This document shows positions 1-8,513 of a stretch of 45,402 nucleotides of DNA, piece by piece. Numbering within the stretch: the first letter of the stretch is position 1; each line of letters opens with the position of its first letter. Source of the DNA: a virus. A model generated the notes under the pieces. The model saw only the letters and a program-made list of their open reading frames with translations, made no database searches and had not been told where the DNA came from. The DNA is taken from IMG/VR virus record IMGVR_UViG_3300039454_000092, one strand, 5' to 3'. The position numbers were made by a program, and so were the translations under genes.

Positions 1-147
1 GAATAGCACGTCCGGCCGCGGTCAAGGCCGCTTGCATTTCGGCCACCGAGGCCGAGGTAGTGGGGGCCGGCGCGCCGGGCTCGAGGTTCCCGACCGGTAC
101 GTTGACCCCGCACGCTTGCAAGGCTAGCGCGACCATGGCGCCTACAA
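1..147. repeat. Terminal overlap copy 1, identical to 45256-45402. It indicates a circular or terminally redundant genome.
   Basis: Direct reading: the first 147 bases (gaatagcacgtccggccgcgg...gcgaccatggcgcctacaa) recur exactly as the last 147 bases of the window. Confidence 0.95.
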
Positions 148-514
148 GCGCCAAGGCCGTGGGCGCCGATCCGCCTGTGACGTTCCGGACGTCCGGTCCC
201 TCAACCGCACGCGAGGGGGCAAGACGAAGCAGCCCACGGATCGGCGCCGACGACAGCGCCCGCATGAGGTACGCCCCCGCCAGCAGCCCGAGGCCGCCCA
301 CCAGCGCCGAGACCTGATCGTCCCAACCCAGCCCGTAGCGGCTGGACAGCCACGCCACGAGCGCCGCGGCCAGGGTGCCCCATGGCGTGCGGGACGCGGC
401 CAGGCTCTTGCCTTGCAGCTGTTGTGCAAGTTGCGGGTCCGCTTGTTCGAGCCGGCCGATCAAATCAGGCAGCGACTTCGCCGCGGCAATCGCTTCGTCC
501 ACAATGGTGGTCAC
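1..514 (-). CDS. 5' portion of a junction-spanning 241-aa membrane protein (holin-like, with an in-frame lipobox). It continues at 45255 down to 45044.
   Basis: The frame is open from GTG 514-512, with AAGGA 6 nt upstream, to base 1. Through the terminal overlap it continues to the stop at 45044-45046. The product has a soluble N-terminus and two hydrophobic helices (TLAAALVAWLSS and VSALVGGLGLLAGAYLM). These are followed by ALALVGAMVALALQAC. The ORF track omits it because the ORF leaves the window. Confidence 0.55.
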   Translation of the reverse strand, partial: MTTIVDEAIAAAKSLPDLIGRLEQADPQLAQQLQGKSLAASRTPWGTLAAALVAWLSSRYGLGWDDQVSALVGGLGLLAGAYLMRALSSAPIRGLLRLAPSRAVEGPDVRNVTGGSAPTALALVGAMVALALQACGVNVPVGNLEPGAPAPTTSASVAEMQAALTAAGRAI

Positions 515-615
515 GTGAAATCCTTTCTGATGAAAAACAACATCGAGCGGGCGGATCGACGCGTCCGACCGAATCGGCTAAGATGCCGGCGCGCATGCTA
601 AGTCCGAATCCGTAG

Positions 616-650
616 AGGCCGGTCGTTCCGTCGGCAGGGGCGACCGGCCT
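616..650 (-). terminator. Stem-loop immediately after the 649-942 gene
   Basis: A perfect 10-bp inverted repeat, AGGCCGGTCG (616-625) and CGACCGGCCT (641-650), has a 15-nt loop and overlaps the stop codon. No U-tract follows on the minus strand, so it may be an attenuator or stability hairpin rather than a canonical intrinsic terminator. Confidence 0.35.
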
Positions 651-942
651 ACCGCGCCCGCCGATCATCCGCCGCTTGCAACCGCTCTATCGCCGCCTGG
701 CTCGCGGTCATGGTCGCGCGCATCGCCGCCAGATCGACCGCCATTTGCCCGAGCCGATCCGTGATGCTGACCCAGCGGAGATCTCCGGAGGCTTCCATCC
801 GCGCGATCCGCTGTTCATGGTCCGCGAGCGTCGCGGCCATGTGCGACGCATAATAGATGCCGCCCACGACCGTGGTCATGACCGAGATCACTAGCGCCAG
901 CGGCAGGCTCGCAATCAGGTTGCTCCATCCGACCTGACTCAT
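649..942 (-). CDS. Small membrane protein with an N-terminal TM helix and a helical Ala/Arg/Glu-rich tail (holin- or i-spanin-like topology)
   Basis: ATG 942 is preceded by GAAGGGGGG. The TM segment is LIASLPLALVISVMTTVVGGIYYA. The gene lies directly after the tailspike stop at 957. The function is only inferred from topology and position. Confidence 0.6.
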   Translation of the reverse strand: MSQVGWSNLIASLPLALVISVMTTVVGGIYYASHMAATLADHEQRIARMEASGDLRWVSITDRLGQMAVDLAAMRATMTASQAAIERLQAADDRRAR

Positions 943-956
943 GGGACGGCCCCCCT

Positions 957-2726
957 TCAGTGCGGCACGACGTGGCCGAGCAACGTCCCGGTGAACGTGA
1001 CCGTGATACTGTCACCCGGTTCGAGGATCAGCGTTGAGACGTTGGTGCCGATCGCGCCGTTGGCGCCGTTGCGCGTGAACGACAGCGCCGAAATCGACCC
1101 GCCCGAGTCCCAGAGTTGCACCTCCTGCTGCACACCGTTGTTGTTCGAGTTGGTGTACGTGTAGGGCGATGACGTGGTGCTGATCACGGAGATGGCGCCA
1201 AATGAGTTGCCCGTTGCCGCGAACTGGCAACCCCAGAACTTCACCTTGCCGACCGCCGATCCGTTCCCCGTGGACAGCACCGTGCCGGTGCCCGGCAAAT
1301 AGCAGCCATAGAAGTGGTTGAAGTCCTGGTTATTCCGCGCGTCGATGCAATAGGCCGTGGTCAATGACGAGTCGATCAGGAACGCGGTGCCATAGAAGTT
1401 GTTGCCGAACACATCGGTATTCGTGGTGCTGTAGTTCAGCACCATGCACGTCCCCGAGGTGGCGCCGACATCGAGCGCGATGATGCCGCCGATAAATTGG
1501 TTTGTGTCGCACTGGCTGTTGAACGTGACGCACACCGAGCCGGAGGCAAGCCCGGCGAAACTCTGGAAATTGCAGTTGATGAATGTGGTACCCGTGACCC
1601 CGTTCAAATAGAGCGCGCCGTAGTGCATGAGCGCGACGATCACCGTGTCGAAGGTGTTATTGCCGGCGATCGTCCGTGTCTGGCCCGAGCTGCCATCCAT
1701 GGAGATGCCCCAACCCTGGACGGTGCTATTGGTGCGCATCACGAGCAGGTTGCGGAAAATCGAGTTCTGCGGCGCGCCGAGGCCAAGGATTTTGTAAGCC
1801 AGATAAGCACCGTCGAAGACGATGTTTTCCATCCGGCCTTGCCAGTTATTGCCACCCGCGAGCATCTGACCGGTTGTGCCGCCGACCCAGGTTATCGTGG
1901 TGACCTGAAGCACCGAGCCTGGCGTGTAATAGATCGAGGAACCGAAGCCTTGAAGGTTGACGCCACGCGCGAGGTTGATGGTGGACGCGATGGCGTAATT
2001 CTTCGGTGCGAACACCACGGTTCCGCCCGTCCCCGATAGCGAGGAAATCGCGGCGTTGATCGCAGCCGAGTCATCGGTGGTGCCATTGCCGACCGCGCCG
2101 AACAGCTCCGGGGTGGTGTACCCATTGGGCAGCCCGAGCAGGGTCAACGCCGCGGCGCGCGAGGCCGCTTGCACCACCGCCAGCATGGCCGCCGAGATCG
2201 CCGCCGTGGTCGACGCCGGCAGGCCGGCTATGGGATTGCCGTTGGCGTCAAACATGAGCGCCATGTTTGCGCGTTCCGCGGCGGGCACCAGCGGATTGAA
2301 CGGCCCCGCATCGGCCGGGTTGAATTGCAGGGAACGCGCCGCGATCTCCGCGAGCTGCTGTATCTGCATTTCCAGGTTGTCATCCATGCCCTCGACGACC
2401 GAAGGCCAGAAGCCGCTTTGGTTCGCGAGCGAGGTCGGTTGCGTATACGGAATAACACGCTGCAGGGTTAGGGTGGTGCCCGCCGCGATCGGCGATCCGG
2501 TCAACGGATAGGTCACCGTGCCGCCCTGCGTTCCGCCGCCCGTGGTCGAGGTGCCCACCCCGGTGATCGAGTATTGCGCGGCGTTGAGCACGGTCTGATT
2601 GCCGAAGGTATCGGTATAGGTGAGCACCGCCTCTGACGCGATCGGCATCGCGAAACTGTACGAGAACGCGGTGGTTGCTCCGTTGCCTTGCCAGATCACC
2701 TTGGATGTGGTGGTTGAAATTGTCAT
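957..2726 (-). CDS. Tailspike or tail fibre with a pectate-lyase-type beta-helix (probable polysaccharide depolymerase)
   Basis: The 589-aa product carries TPELFGAVGNGTTDDSAAINAAISS, which matches the GxGDGxTDDTxAIQxAI signature of tailspike and pectate-lyase-3 domains. It has an N-terminal fibre-adaptor-like segment. The gene occupies the T7 gp17 position. Confidence 0.8.
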   Translation of the reverse strand: MTISTTTSKVIWQGNGATTAFSYSFAMPIASEAVLTYTDTFGNQTVLNAAQYSITGVGTSTTGGGTQGGTVTYPLTGSPIAAGTTLTLQRVIPYTQPTSLANQSGFWPSVVEGMDDNLEMQIQQLAEIAARSLQFNPADAGPFNPLVPAAERANMALMFDANGNPIAGLPASTTAAISAAMLAVVQAASRAAALTLLGLPNGYTTPELFGAVGNGTTDDSAAINAAISSLSGTGGTVVFAPKNYAIASTINLARGVNLQGFGSSIYYTPGSVLQVTTITWVGGTTGQMLAGGNNWQGRMENIVFDGAYLAYKILGLGAPQNSIFRNLLVMRTNSTVQGWGISMDGSSGQTRTIAGNNTFDTVIVALMHYGALYLNGVTGTTFINCNFQSFAGLASGSVCVTFNSQCDTNQFIGGIIALDVGATSGTCMVLNYSTTNTDVFGNNFYGTAFLIDSSLTTAYCIDARNNQDFNHFYGCYLPGTGTVLSTGNGSAVGKVKFWGCQFAATGNSFGAISVISTTSSPYTYTNSNNNGVQQEVQLWDSGGSISALSFTRNGANGAIGTNVSTLILEPGDSITVTFTGTLLGHVVPH

Positions 2727-2798
2727 ATCGCAATGTCCCTACGCGCGCGTATCCACGCACGGGCTGGATTGCCCGCGCGCGACCCGCAATCAGAAATG

Positions 2799-5700
2799 CT
2801 ATTGACCCTGACGGATCGCTTTCGCAGCCGACGGCAACTGGCCTTGCATGATCGCGGCCTTGGCCGCCGCCGCCTGGCGCAGGATGTTGGCGTTCTCCGG
2901 CCGTGCCATCAGCCAGGTTTCGGCTTGCTGGCGCGCCGTTTCCAGACTCTTCGCCATCGCCTGACGTTGAATGCCAGGAGGCAGAGCGACGAACCCCGGA
3001 CTGTGCACCAGGCCGTCAAGCAGCTGCTTGGCGAGCCGGCCGCCCACGCGCGCGAGATCGTCATATTGCCGATCGTCGAGGGGCACGCCGCGGACATCGC
3101 GCCGCAACTTCGCCGGATAGAACTCCGCCGCTTCCATGGCCGCCATGGTGCGGTCACCGTGCCACACCGAGGGTGACATCATGGTATGGCTGCCGATCGG
3201 TGTTCCGGTCCAGTCGCGTTGCGGATAGAGCCCCTGTGACAGGCCGGGGATTTGATTGCGCGCCGCCGCGATCCAGCCGTGCACCTCGCGCTGGTATTGA
3301 TCGACCATCCGCGCGACCTGGTGCAGCCCCACCGAATACGGAATGAAATTGAGCGCGAGGTTGCGCAGATACTTTTCGCCGTCGCGGTCAAAATGCTCCG
3401 CCGCGTCCACGAATTGCGCAAGGCCAGACATCCAGCTTTCGTCGGCGACGGTATGCGCAAAGCCCAGGATGGCAGAGCCAACCGCGCGGGACAGATCGCC
3501 ATGGGCGATTGCCGCGCCGACCTCATAGATGCTGGCCGCCCCGCCGATCAGCGGCCCGAGCGGCCCGAGATACTTCTTATAGGGGATATAGGTATCGCCG
3601 ATCCGAACGCTGTACGCCTTCCATCCCTGCGCTTCGAGCAACGCGCGCTCGCGCGGATCGGACGGGCCCGCACCCGTGATGATGCCTTGCGCGGCCAGCG
3701 CCATGGTGCCCGCCGCCAGGCCGGAGCCAACCATGATCCGCGCGAATTGCTGCGTCCGCGCGACCTCCCCGTTGCGACCGAACAGGTTATCCCGCACCTC
3801 GCGCGACGCGAGGCCGAGCGGCGTGCTCTTGATCAGCCCTTCGTCGAGGATGTTCATGCCGACTTGCAGGAACGGCATCGCCAGCTTCGCGAGCAGGTTG
3901 TTGTTGACCAGGCTCGCAAGCTTCTGTTGATCGCTGCCCCAGGCCGGCCGCTTCATCAGCACCGCGGCCATAGCCTCATCGTGCGCGCCCTGCACCATGC
4001 CGAGCGAGGGGTTTTGCGTGAGGTCCGCCACCCGGGTGGCGAACGCGTTCCCCGTCAGCCCCTCATTGGTCGCGGCGCGGAAGGCACGGCGCGCGATGTC
4101 GCGTTCATAGTTCATCGCGTAGAACACGGTATGGATCGCGGAGACGCCGCGCCCCGGCGCTTCCAGCGCGTAGCCGACCTTGCCCGGTATCGTTTGCACC
4201 CGTGTTGCCGCTTGCTGCATCCCAGGCAGCGGCGCGCCCTGGTTCGCCTGCAATAGCTTCTGTTCGCCTTCCATGTAGGCGATGCCCGACTTGAAGGCTT
4301 CCCAGCCAGGCACAAAGCCTTTGCGCGTGCCGTGGAACATGCCCCACAGCTGTGCCCCAATTTCGCCATAATAGACCCGATCCGCCGGCGCCGCGCCGAA
4401 CGCCGACCGCGCCGCATCGATCGTCGCTTCCGCAGCCGTCAGGGGAACGGCTTTGAACAGCGCCAACACTTCATTGCCGATGGCGTAGGCGCCATGCGTC
4501 AACGGCCCTGAGATCAGGTTATTGACGACGAGGGATATGATCCACGAGCGGGTTTTTTGCCACATCGTTGGCACCCGCGTTTGCTGCACCATCCGCGCGC
4601 GTTGCGCCGTGGTTTGCATCGCGCCGACCGCGCGCGCCTGTTGCTGGATTTGGTAGAGTGTGAGGCCGGAGTCGCGTTCGATCCGCGCCACCATATCGCC
4701 CACCAGGTTAAGCCCGGCCTTGTCCATGACGCGCAAGGTGCGACCGGCTTCCGCAGTCACCGTGGCGAAGTGATCGGCGATCAGCAGCAGCCGATCCTTG
4801 GCCATAAGGTATGCGTCGATATCCGGCGGAAACCCGGAGTCGCCCGCGATCTTGCCCAGCCGGGATACTTCCGCCGACGCCTGGAACGTCAGCTTTTGGA
4901 CCGCCTCCGCCCAGACCGAAGCGGACACGCCTTGCGGTTTCTGCGGGACGAAGTTGTCGAGGGTGAGGCCGAGCGCATCCGCCATCGCGCGCCGCTCAGC
5001 ATCGGTGATGACGCCGCCGCGCGCGTCCTGGAAATCATCATTCTGCGCCGCAAGCTCGCGCAGAACCTGCTTGACGTCTTCCGTGCTGTTGAGGTTGTCG
5101 AGCCGGATGTTGCCGGCTTTATCGACTAATCCGGTTCCTTCATCCCCGGCGGTAGCGGCCTCGCTCCGCTTTGCGGGATCGGTTTCGGCAGTCCGCCCAG
5201 CTGCCTTTTGAGTCTCGCGTCCAGTATCCCGATCGCTATGTCCAGTTTGTCCTTCGCCTGCTTCGCCCGCCACCGGAGATCCGCCGGCAGCCACTGATCG
5301 CGCATGATCAGCCGCATCCGATGCTGGTTCGCCAACAGCTGGTAGCGAGTCGGAAGCGGTTTCGGCGGGTCCTCCGGAGGATCGTTCGGCTGCATGCTCC
5401 GCCTCTAAATCCGCGAGCGTGCGAGGCTCGCCTATGTTGTGTTCGTCCCACGGAACATCATGATCCGCGAGCCAGTCGCGTACGTCCTCGGACACTTCGT
5501 CACCGACGGCGCCCGCACCATGGATAAGCACATCCTGTTCTGGTTCAGCAACCTTGGCTTCGACCGCTTCCGCGAATTGTGTAGGCGTCATCCCCTTAGG
5601 ATTGATGCCGTGTTCAGCGGCGAGCCGATCGATCTCCGCATTGTGCGCCACAGCCGTGTGATAGCCTTCGACGTCATCGTGCGCCGAGTACTGCGCCACG

Positions 5701-8513
5701 CCGCGAAGGTCCTCATCGAGTTTGCGCAGGAGATCGTTGGCTTCGAGCGTGTGCACCGAGTCGTGCTCGGGGAAGTAGCCCTGTTCCCAGGCGCGGCGCG
5801 CCATATCGTCCAGCTGCAAGCCGCGGCTGTTCACCAAGCCCGGCCGCGTCTTGTAGTCGCCCAGCATCGCACGGATATCGCCGCCGTCATCCTTCACACC
5901 ACCGGCGCGACGGATGAACGTGGCAAGCCGCATCGGCTCGCGCGCCCGCACATACGGTGTCTTAGGCTCCGCCTTGGTCACCAGCTCGCGTTCCGGCGCG
6001 ATCACCGCGCGTTGCGGATCGGTGGTGAGCATGCGGTCAAACGCGGCGCGGATATCATCGCTGATCGGCGCCCGGAGCCGGGTCACGGTCTGGTAGATAT
6101 CGGTGAGCCACGCTTTCAGCTGCGCAAACACTCCCGCCAGCCGCGCCGACGGTGCGTGACCTTCCATCAGGTAGCGCTCAAACCCGCGGGCAAAGCGCTC
6201 GTGCTGCGCCCGCGTCAGTTCGGCCCCTTCCGCGGAGCCGAGCCACTTGCGCACCGCGGCCGCGTCCGCGACCAGATCGGCCGATGCGCCAGGCGCGCGC
6301 GCGTCGTTCAGCAGATCGTTGAGCGTGACGTGGCCGAACTCATGAAAGAAGGTGGACGCATTCGCATCGCCGCGCATCAAGGTGATGACAGGCCGCGTCA
6401 TATCCCCGCCCAGGCGAACCCGGCCGCGGACAACGCTGGTGACGCGCTGGGCGAGCTCGGCGACGCGTGACCGAGGCGACTCGCTCCGGATGGCCGCGCC
6501 TTGGTCCGCGTAGAGCTGTTCCGCGGTGCCCCTGGCGCCGCCCAGCCGGGCCGCGCGGGTTTCATAGTACGCCGCCACCACTTCGGCCGCGGCGTTGGCT
6601 TCCGCCTCGGGCCGGCCCGCCGCGATCAGCTTCGCCGCGACATCGGCCCGGATAGACCGACCAGGAGCGGACGACTCTACCGACGCGGGCGGGACCGCCG
6701 TCTCGGGAATGCCTCGCGGCGCCAGCATGCCGCCTTGCGGACCAATGGGCGCGATGCCGAGGCTTTCCCGCACGGCCCGCACCTCTGCCGCCGACAGTCT
6801 GCCGCCCAGCGCATCGCTGATCTCCCGCGCCGTCTTGCCCGCCCTCGCCAGGTTCGCAACCTGATCGGTGAGGCCCAGGCGCTTGGCGAACGCGACGGCT
6901 TCCGCGTTGTTAGCCGTGAGCCAATCCGGTACCGGACCGTCAACGTCCGTCGGTCCCGTGGGGCGAGGTGACGTTGCGGCCGCCTCGGCAGCCCCAGGGA
7001 CCGCCCCACCAGGGGCCGCCTCAGAACGCCCAGGAGCGGGGGGAGGTTCGGCCCCCTCTGGGACAGCGGCCGCGGCCGCCGCGGGCGCCTGGGCGGGCGC
7101 CACCGGCGCGGCAGGTTCGGCCGCCACCGGTGCCGCAGGCTCGGCCGCGGCTTCCGCCACCGGCGCGGCAGGTTCGGCCGCGGCTTCCGCCACCGGCGCC
7201 GTGGGCTCGGCCCTGGCTTCCGCCACCGCCGCGGCTGGCTCCGCTTCGATCTGCGTTTCCGGGAACCGCTCCGCCGCCTCGCGGTAGGCCGCCGATACCT
7301 GCGGCGCGAGATCCCGCATCTGAGAGTCGGTTTCCATCAGCAGCCGCCGCCAGGACGCTTGCTGTTCCGAGTCCGCCATCAGCGCGGCCATGCGGTTCTC
7401 ATCGGCGAGGAACGCATCACGCTCAGCGACCAGCGGCGCGAGCCTCGCTTGATATTTCTTGGCGAGCCGCGGGGTGGTGTCCGGGTCCGCCAACCGTCCC
7501 TCGAGATATTCAATCTGCGACTGGTGAGGCGCCGAGGCTTCGATGGCGGCGCGTTGCTGTTCCTTCGACTCCAGCAGCCGAGAGCGGATCAGATCGGCTT
7601 GCGCCGACAACGGGTCATATTCGGCGAACACCTCGGGGGCGATGCGCCGCGCCTGCGCATGGATATCGAGCGGAGGCGGTTCGGTTGGAGGCAACCCCTC
7701 GGCTTCACGCTCCGCCGCTTCCTCTTGCAGCCCGGTGATCTGGGCCCGCACTGTGGGCGTGATCGGTGTCCGTTGCGTCGCAGTGACCGGCCCGCCGTAT
7801 TGCGCGAGCTGCGTTTCATCCCACGCCGACCGCCCGCCTGGCCCGATGACATTGAGCGCGGCCGCGTGTTCGACTTCCGCGACCGATAGCGCCCGGTTCA
7901 TCTCGCGGCCCAGCTCGCTGCCCAGCAATCCGCCGCGCGTCGGCACATGCACGCTCAGGCCGCCAAGCTCCGCACCGCCCAGCGGAAACGCTTCCGCCAT
8001 GCCCGCGACATCGCGGCCCAGGCCCGGCATGCCCCACTCGGTTCCTTGCTGAACCGCCGCTTCCTGAAGCCCGGAGATCCCCGCACTGACCGAGCGCCCG
8101 AGTATCCCAGCCAGCCCCAAGGTCGCGGCGACCGCGGGGCGAATCATCGCCTCCTGGAACGCGCGCAGCACGCCGCCCTGGCCCTTGGCCAGATCGGTGT
8201 AGACGCCCGCGCCTTTCAGCCAGTCGTTGACATCATCCGAATAGCCGAGGTTGTGGCCGTGATCCCACGCGACGCCGATGCCATGGCCGAACGCCGCCAG
8301 TACGCGGACGCGCGACGCGGACTGCCGATCGAATTCATCCAGAGCCAAGTCGGATTCTTCTGGACCAGGCGCGAGCCACGACCCGGCGCGGATGGGGGCA
8401 TACTCCGGCCGAGGCCCGAGCAGATCGACCGCCGATGCCGTCGGTTCGGCGGGCCGCGGTCCCAGCAGATCGGTTGTTGTTTGCGCCGCCGCCGGCGGAA
8501 GGGTTTCGCTCAT
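2799..8513 (-). CDS. Giant internal virion / DNA-ejection protein (polyvalent protein with a zincin-like HExxH domain)
   Basis: The product is 1904 aa and its gene has an ATGA overlap with the upstream gene. It sits in the T7 gp16 position. FFHEFGHV is encoded at 6330-6344 and is followed by HERFARGFERYLMEGHAPS. There is a Pro/Ala-rich tandem linker at about 7098-7245. Several hydrophobic helices lie in the C-terminal third. Confidence 0.7.
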   Translation of the reverse strand: MSETLPPAAAQTTTDLLGPRPAEPTASAVDLLGPRPEYAPIRAGSWLAPGPEESDLALDEFDRQSASRVRVLAAFGHGIGVAWDHGHNLGYSDDVNDWLKGAGVYTDLAKGQGGVLRAFQEAMIRPAVAATLGLAGILGRSVSAGISGLQEAAVQQGTEWGMPGLGRDVAGMAEAFPLGGAELGGLSVHVPTRGGLLGSELGREMNRALSVAEVEHAAALNVIGPGGRSAWDETQLAQYGGPVTATQRTPITPTVRAQITGLQEEAAEREAEGLPPTEPPPLDIHAQARRIAPEVFAEYDPLSAQADLIRSRLLESKEQQRAAIEASAPHQSQIEYLEGRLADPDTTPRLAKKYQARLAPLVAERDAFLADENRMAALMADSEQQASWRRLLMETDSQMRDLAPQVSAAYREAAERFPETQIEAEPAAAVAEARAEPTAPVAEAAAEPAAPVAEAAAEPAAPVAAEPAAPVAPAQAPAAAAAAVPEGAEPPPAPGRSEAAPGGAVPGAAEAAATSPRPTGPTDVDGPVPDWLTANNAEAVAFAKRLGLTDQVANLARAGKTAREISDALGGRLSAAEVRAVRESLGIAPIGPQGGMLAPRGIPETAVPPASVESSAPGRSIRADVAAKLIAAGRPEAEANAAAEVVAAYYETRAARLGGARGTAEQLYADQGAAIRSESPRSRVAELAQRVTSVVRGRVRLGGDMTRPVITLMRGDANASTFFHEFGHVTLNDLLNDARAPGASADLVADAAAVRKWLGSAEGAELTRAQHERFARGFERYLMEGHAPSARLAGVFAQLKAWLTDIYQTVTRLRAPISDDIRAAFDRMLTTDPQRAVIAPERELVTKAEPKTPYVRAREPMRLATFIRRAGGVKDDGGDIRAMLGDYKTRPGLVNSRGLQLDDMARRAWEQGYFPEHDSVHTLEANDLLRKLDEDLRGVAQYSAHDDVEGYHTAVAHNAEIDRLAAEHGINPKGMTPTQFAEAVEAKVAEPEQDVLIHGAGAVGDEVSEDVRDWLADHDVPWDEHNIGEPRTLADLEAEHAAERSSGGPAETASDSLPAVGEPASDAADHARSVAAGGSPVAGEAGEGQTGHSDRDTGRETQKAAGRTAETDPAKRSEAATAGDEGTGLVDKAGNIRLDNLNSTEDVKQVLRELAAQNDDFQDARGGVITDAERRAMADALGLTLDNFVPQKPQGVSASVWAEAVQKLTFQASAEVSRLGKIAGDSGFPPDIDAYLMAKDRLLLIADHFATVTAEAGRTLRVMDKAGLNLVGDMVARIERDSGLTLYQIQQQARAVGAMQTTAQRARMVQQTRVPTMWQKTRSWIISLVVNNLISGPLTHGAYAIGNEVLALFKAVPLTAAEATIDAARSAFGAAPADRVYYGEIGAQLWGMFHGTRKGFVPGWEAFKSGIAYMEGEQKLLQANQGAPLPGMQQAATRVQTIPGKVGYALEAPGRGVSAIHTVFYAMNYERDIARRAFRAATNEGLTGNAFATRVADLTQNPSLGMVQGAHDEAMAAVLMKRPAWGSDQQKLASLVNNNLLAKLAMPFLQVGMNILDEGLIKSTPLGLASREVRDNLFGRNGEVARTQQFARIMVGSGLAAGTMALAAQGIITGAGPSDPRERALLEAQGWKAYSVRIGDTYIPYKKYLGPLGPLIGGAASIYEVGAAIAHGDLSRAVGSAILGFAHTVADESWMSGLAQFVDAAEHFDRDGEKYLRNLALNFIPYSVGLHQVARMVDQYQREVHGWIAAARNQIPGLSQGLYPQRDWTGTPIGSHTMMSPSVWHGDRTMAAMEAAEFYPAKLRRDVRGVPLDDRQYDDLARVGGRLAKQLLDGLVHSPGFVALPPGIQRQAMAKSLETARQQAETWLMARPENANILRQAAAAKAAIMQGQLPSAAKAIRQGQ

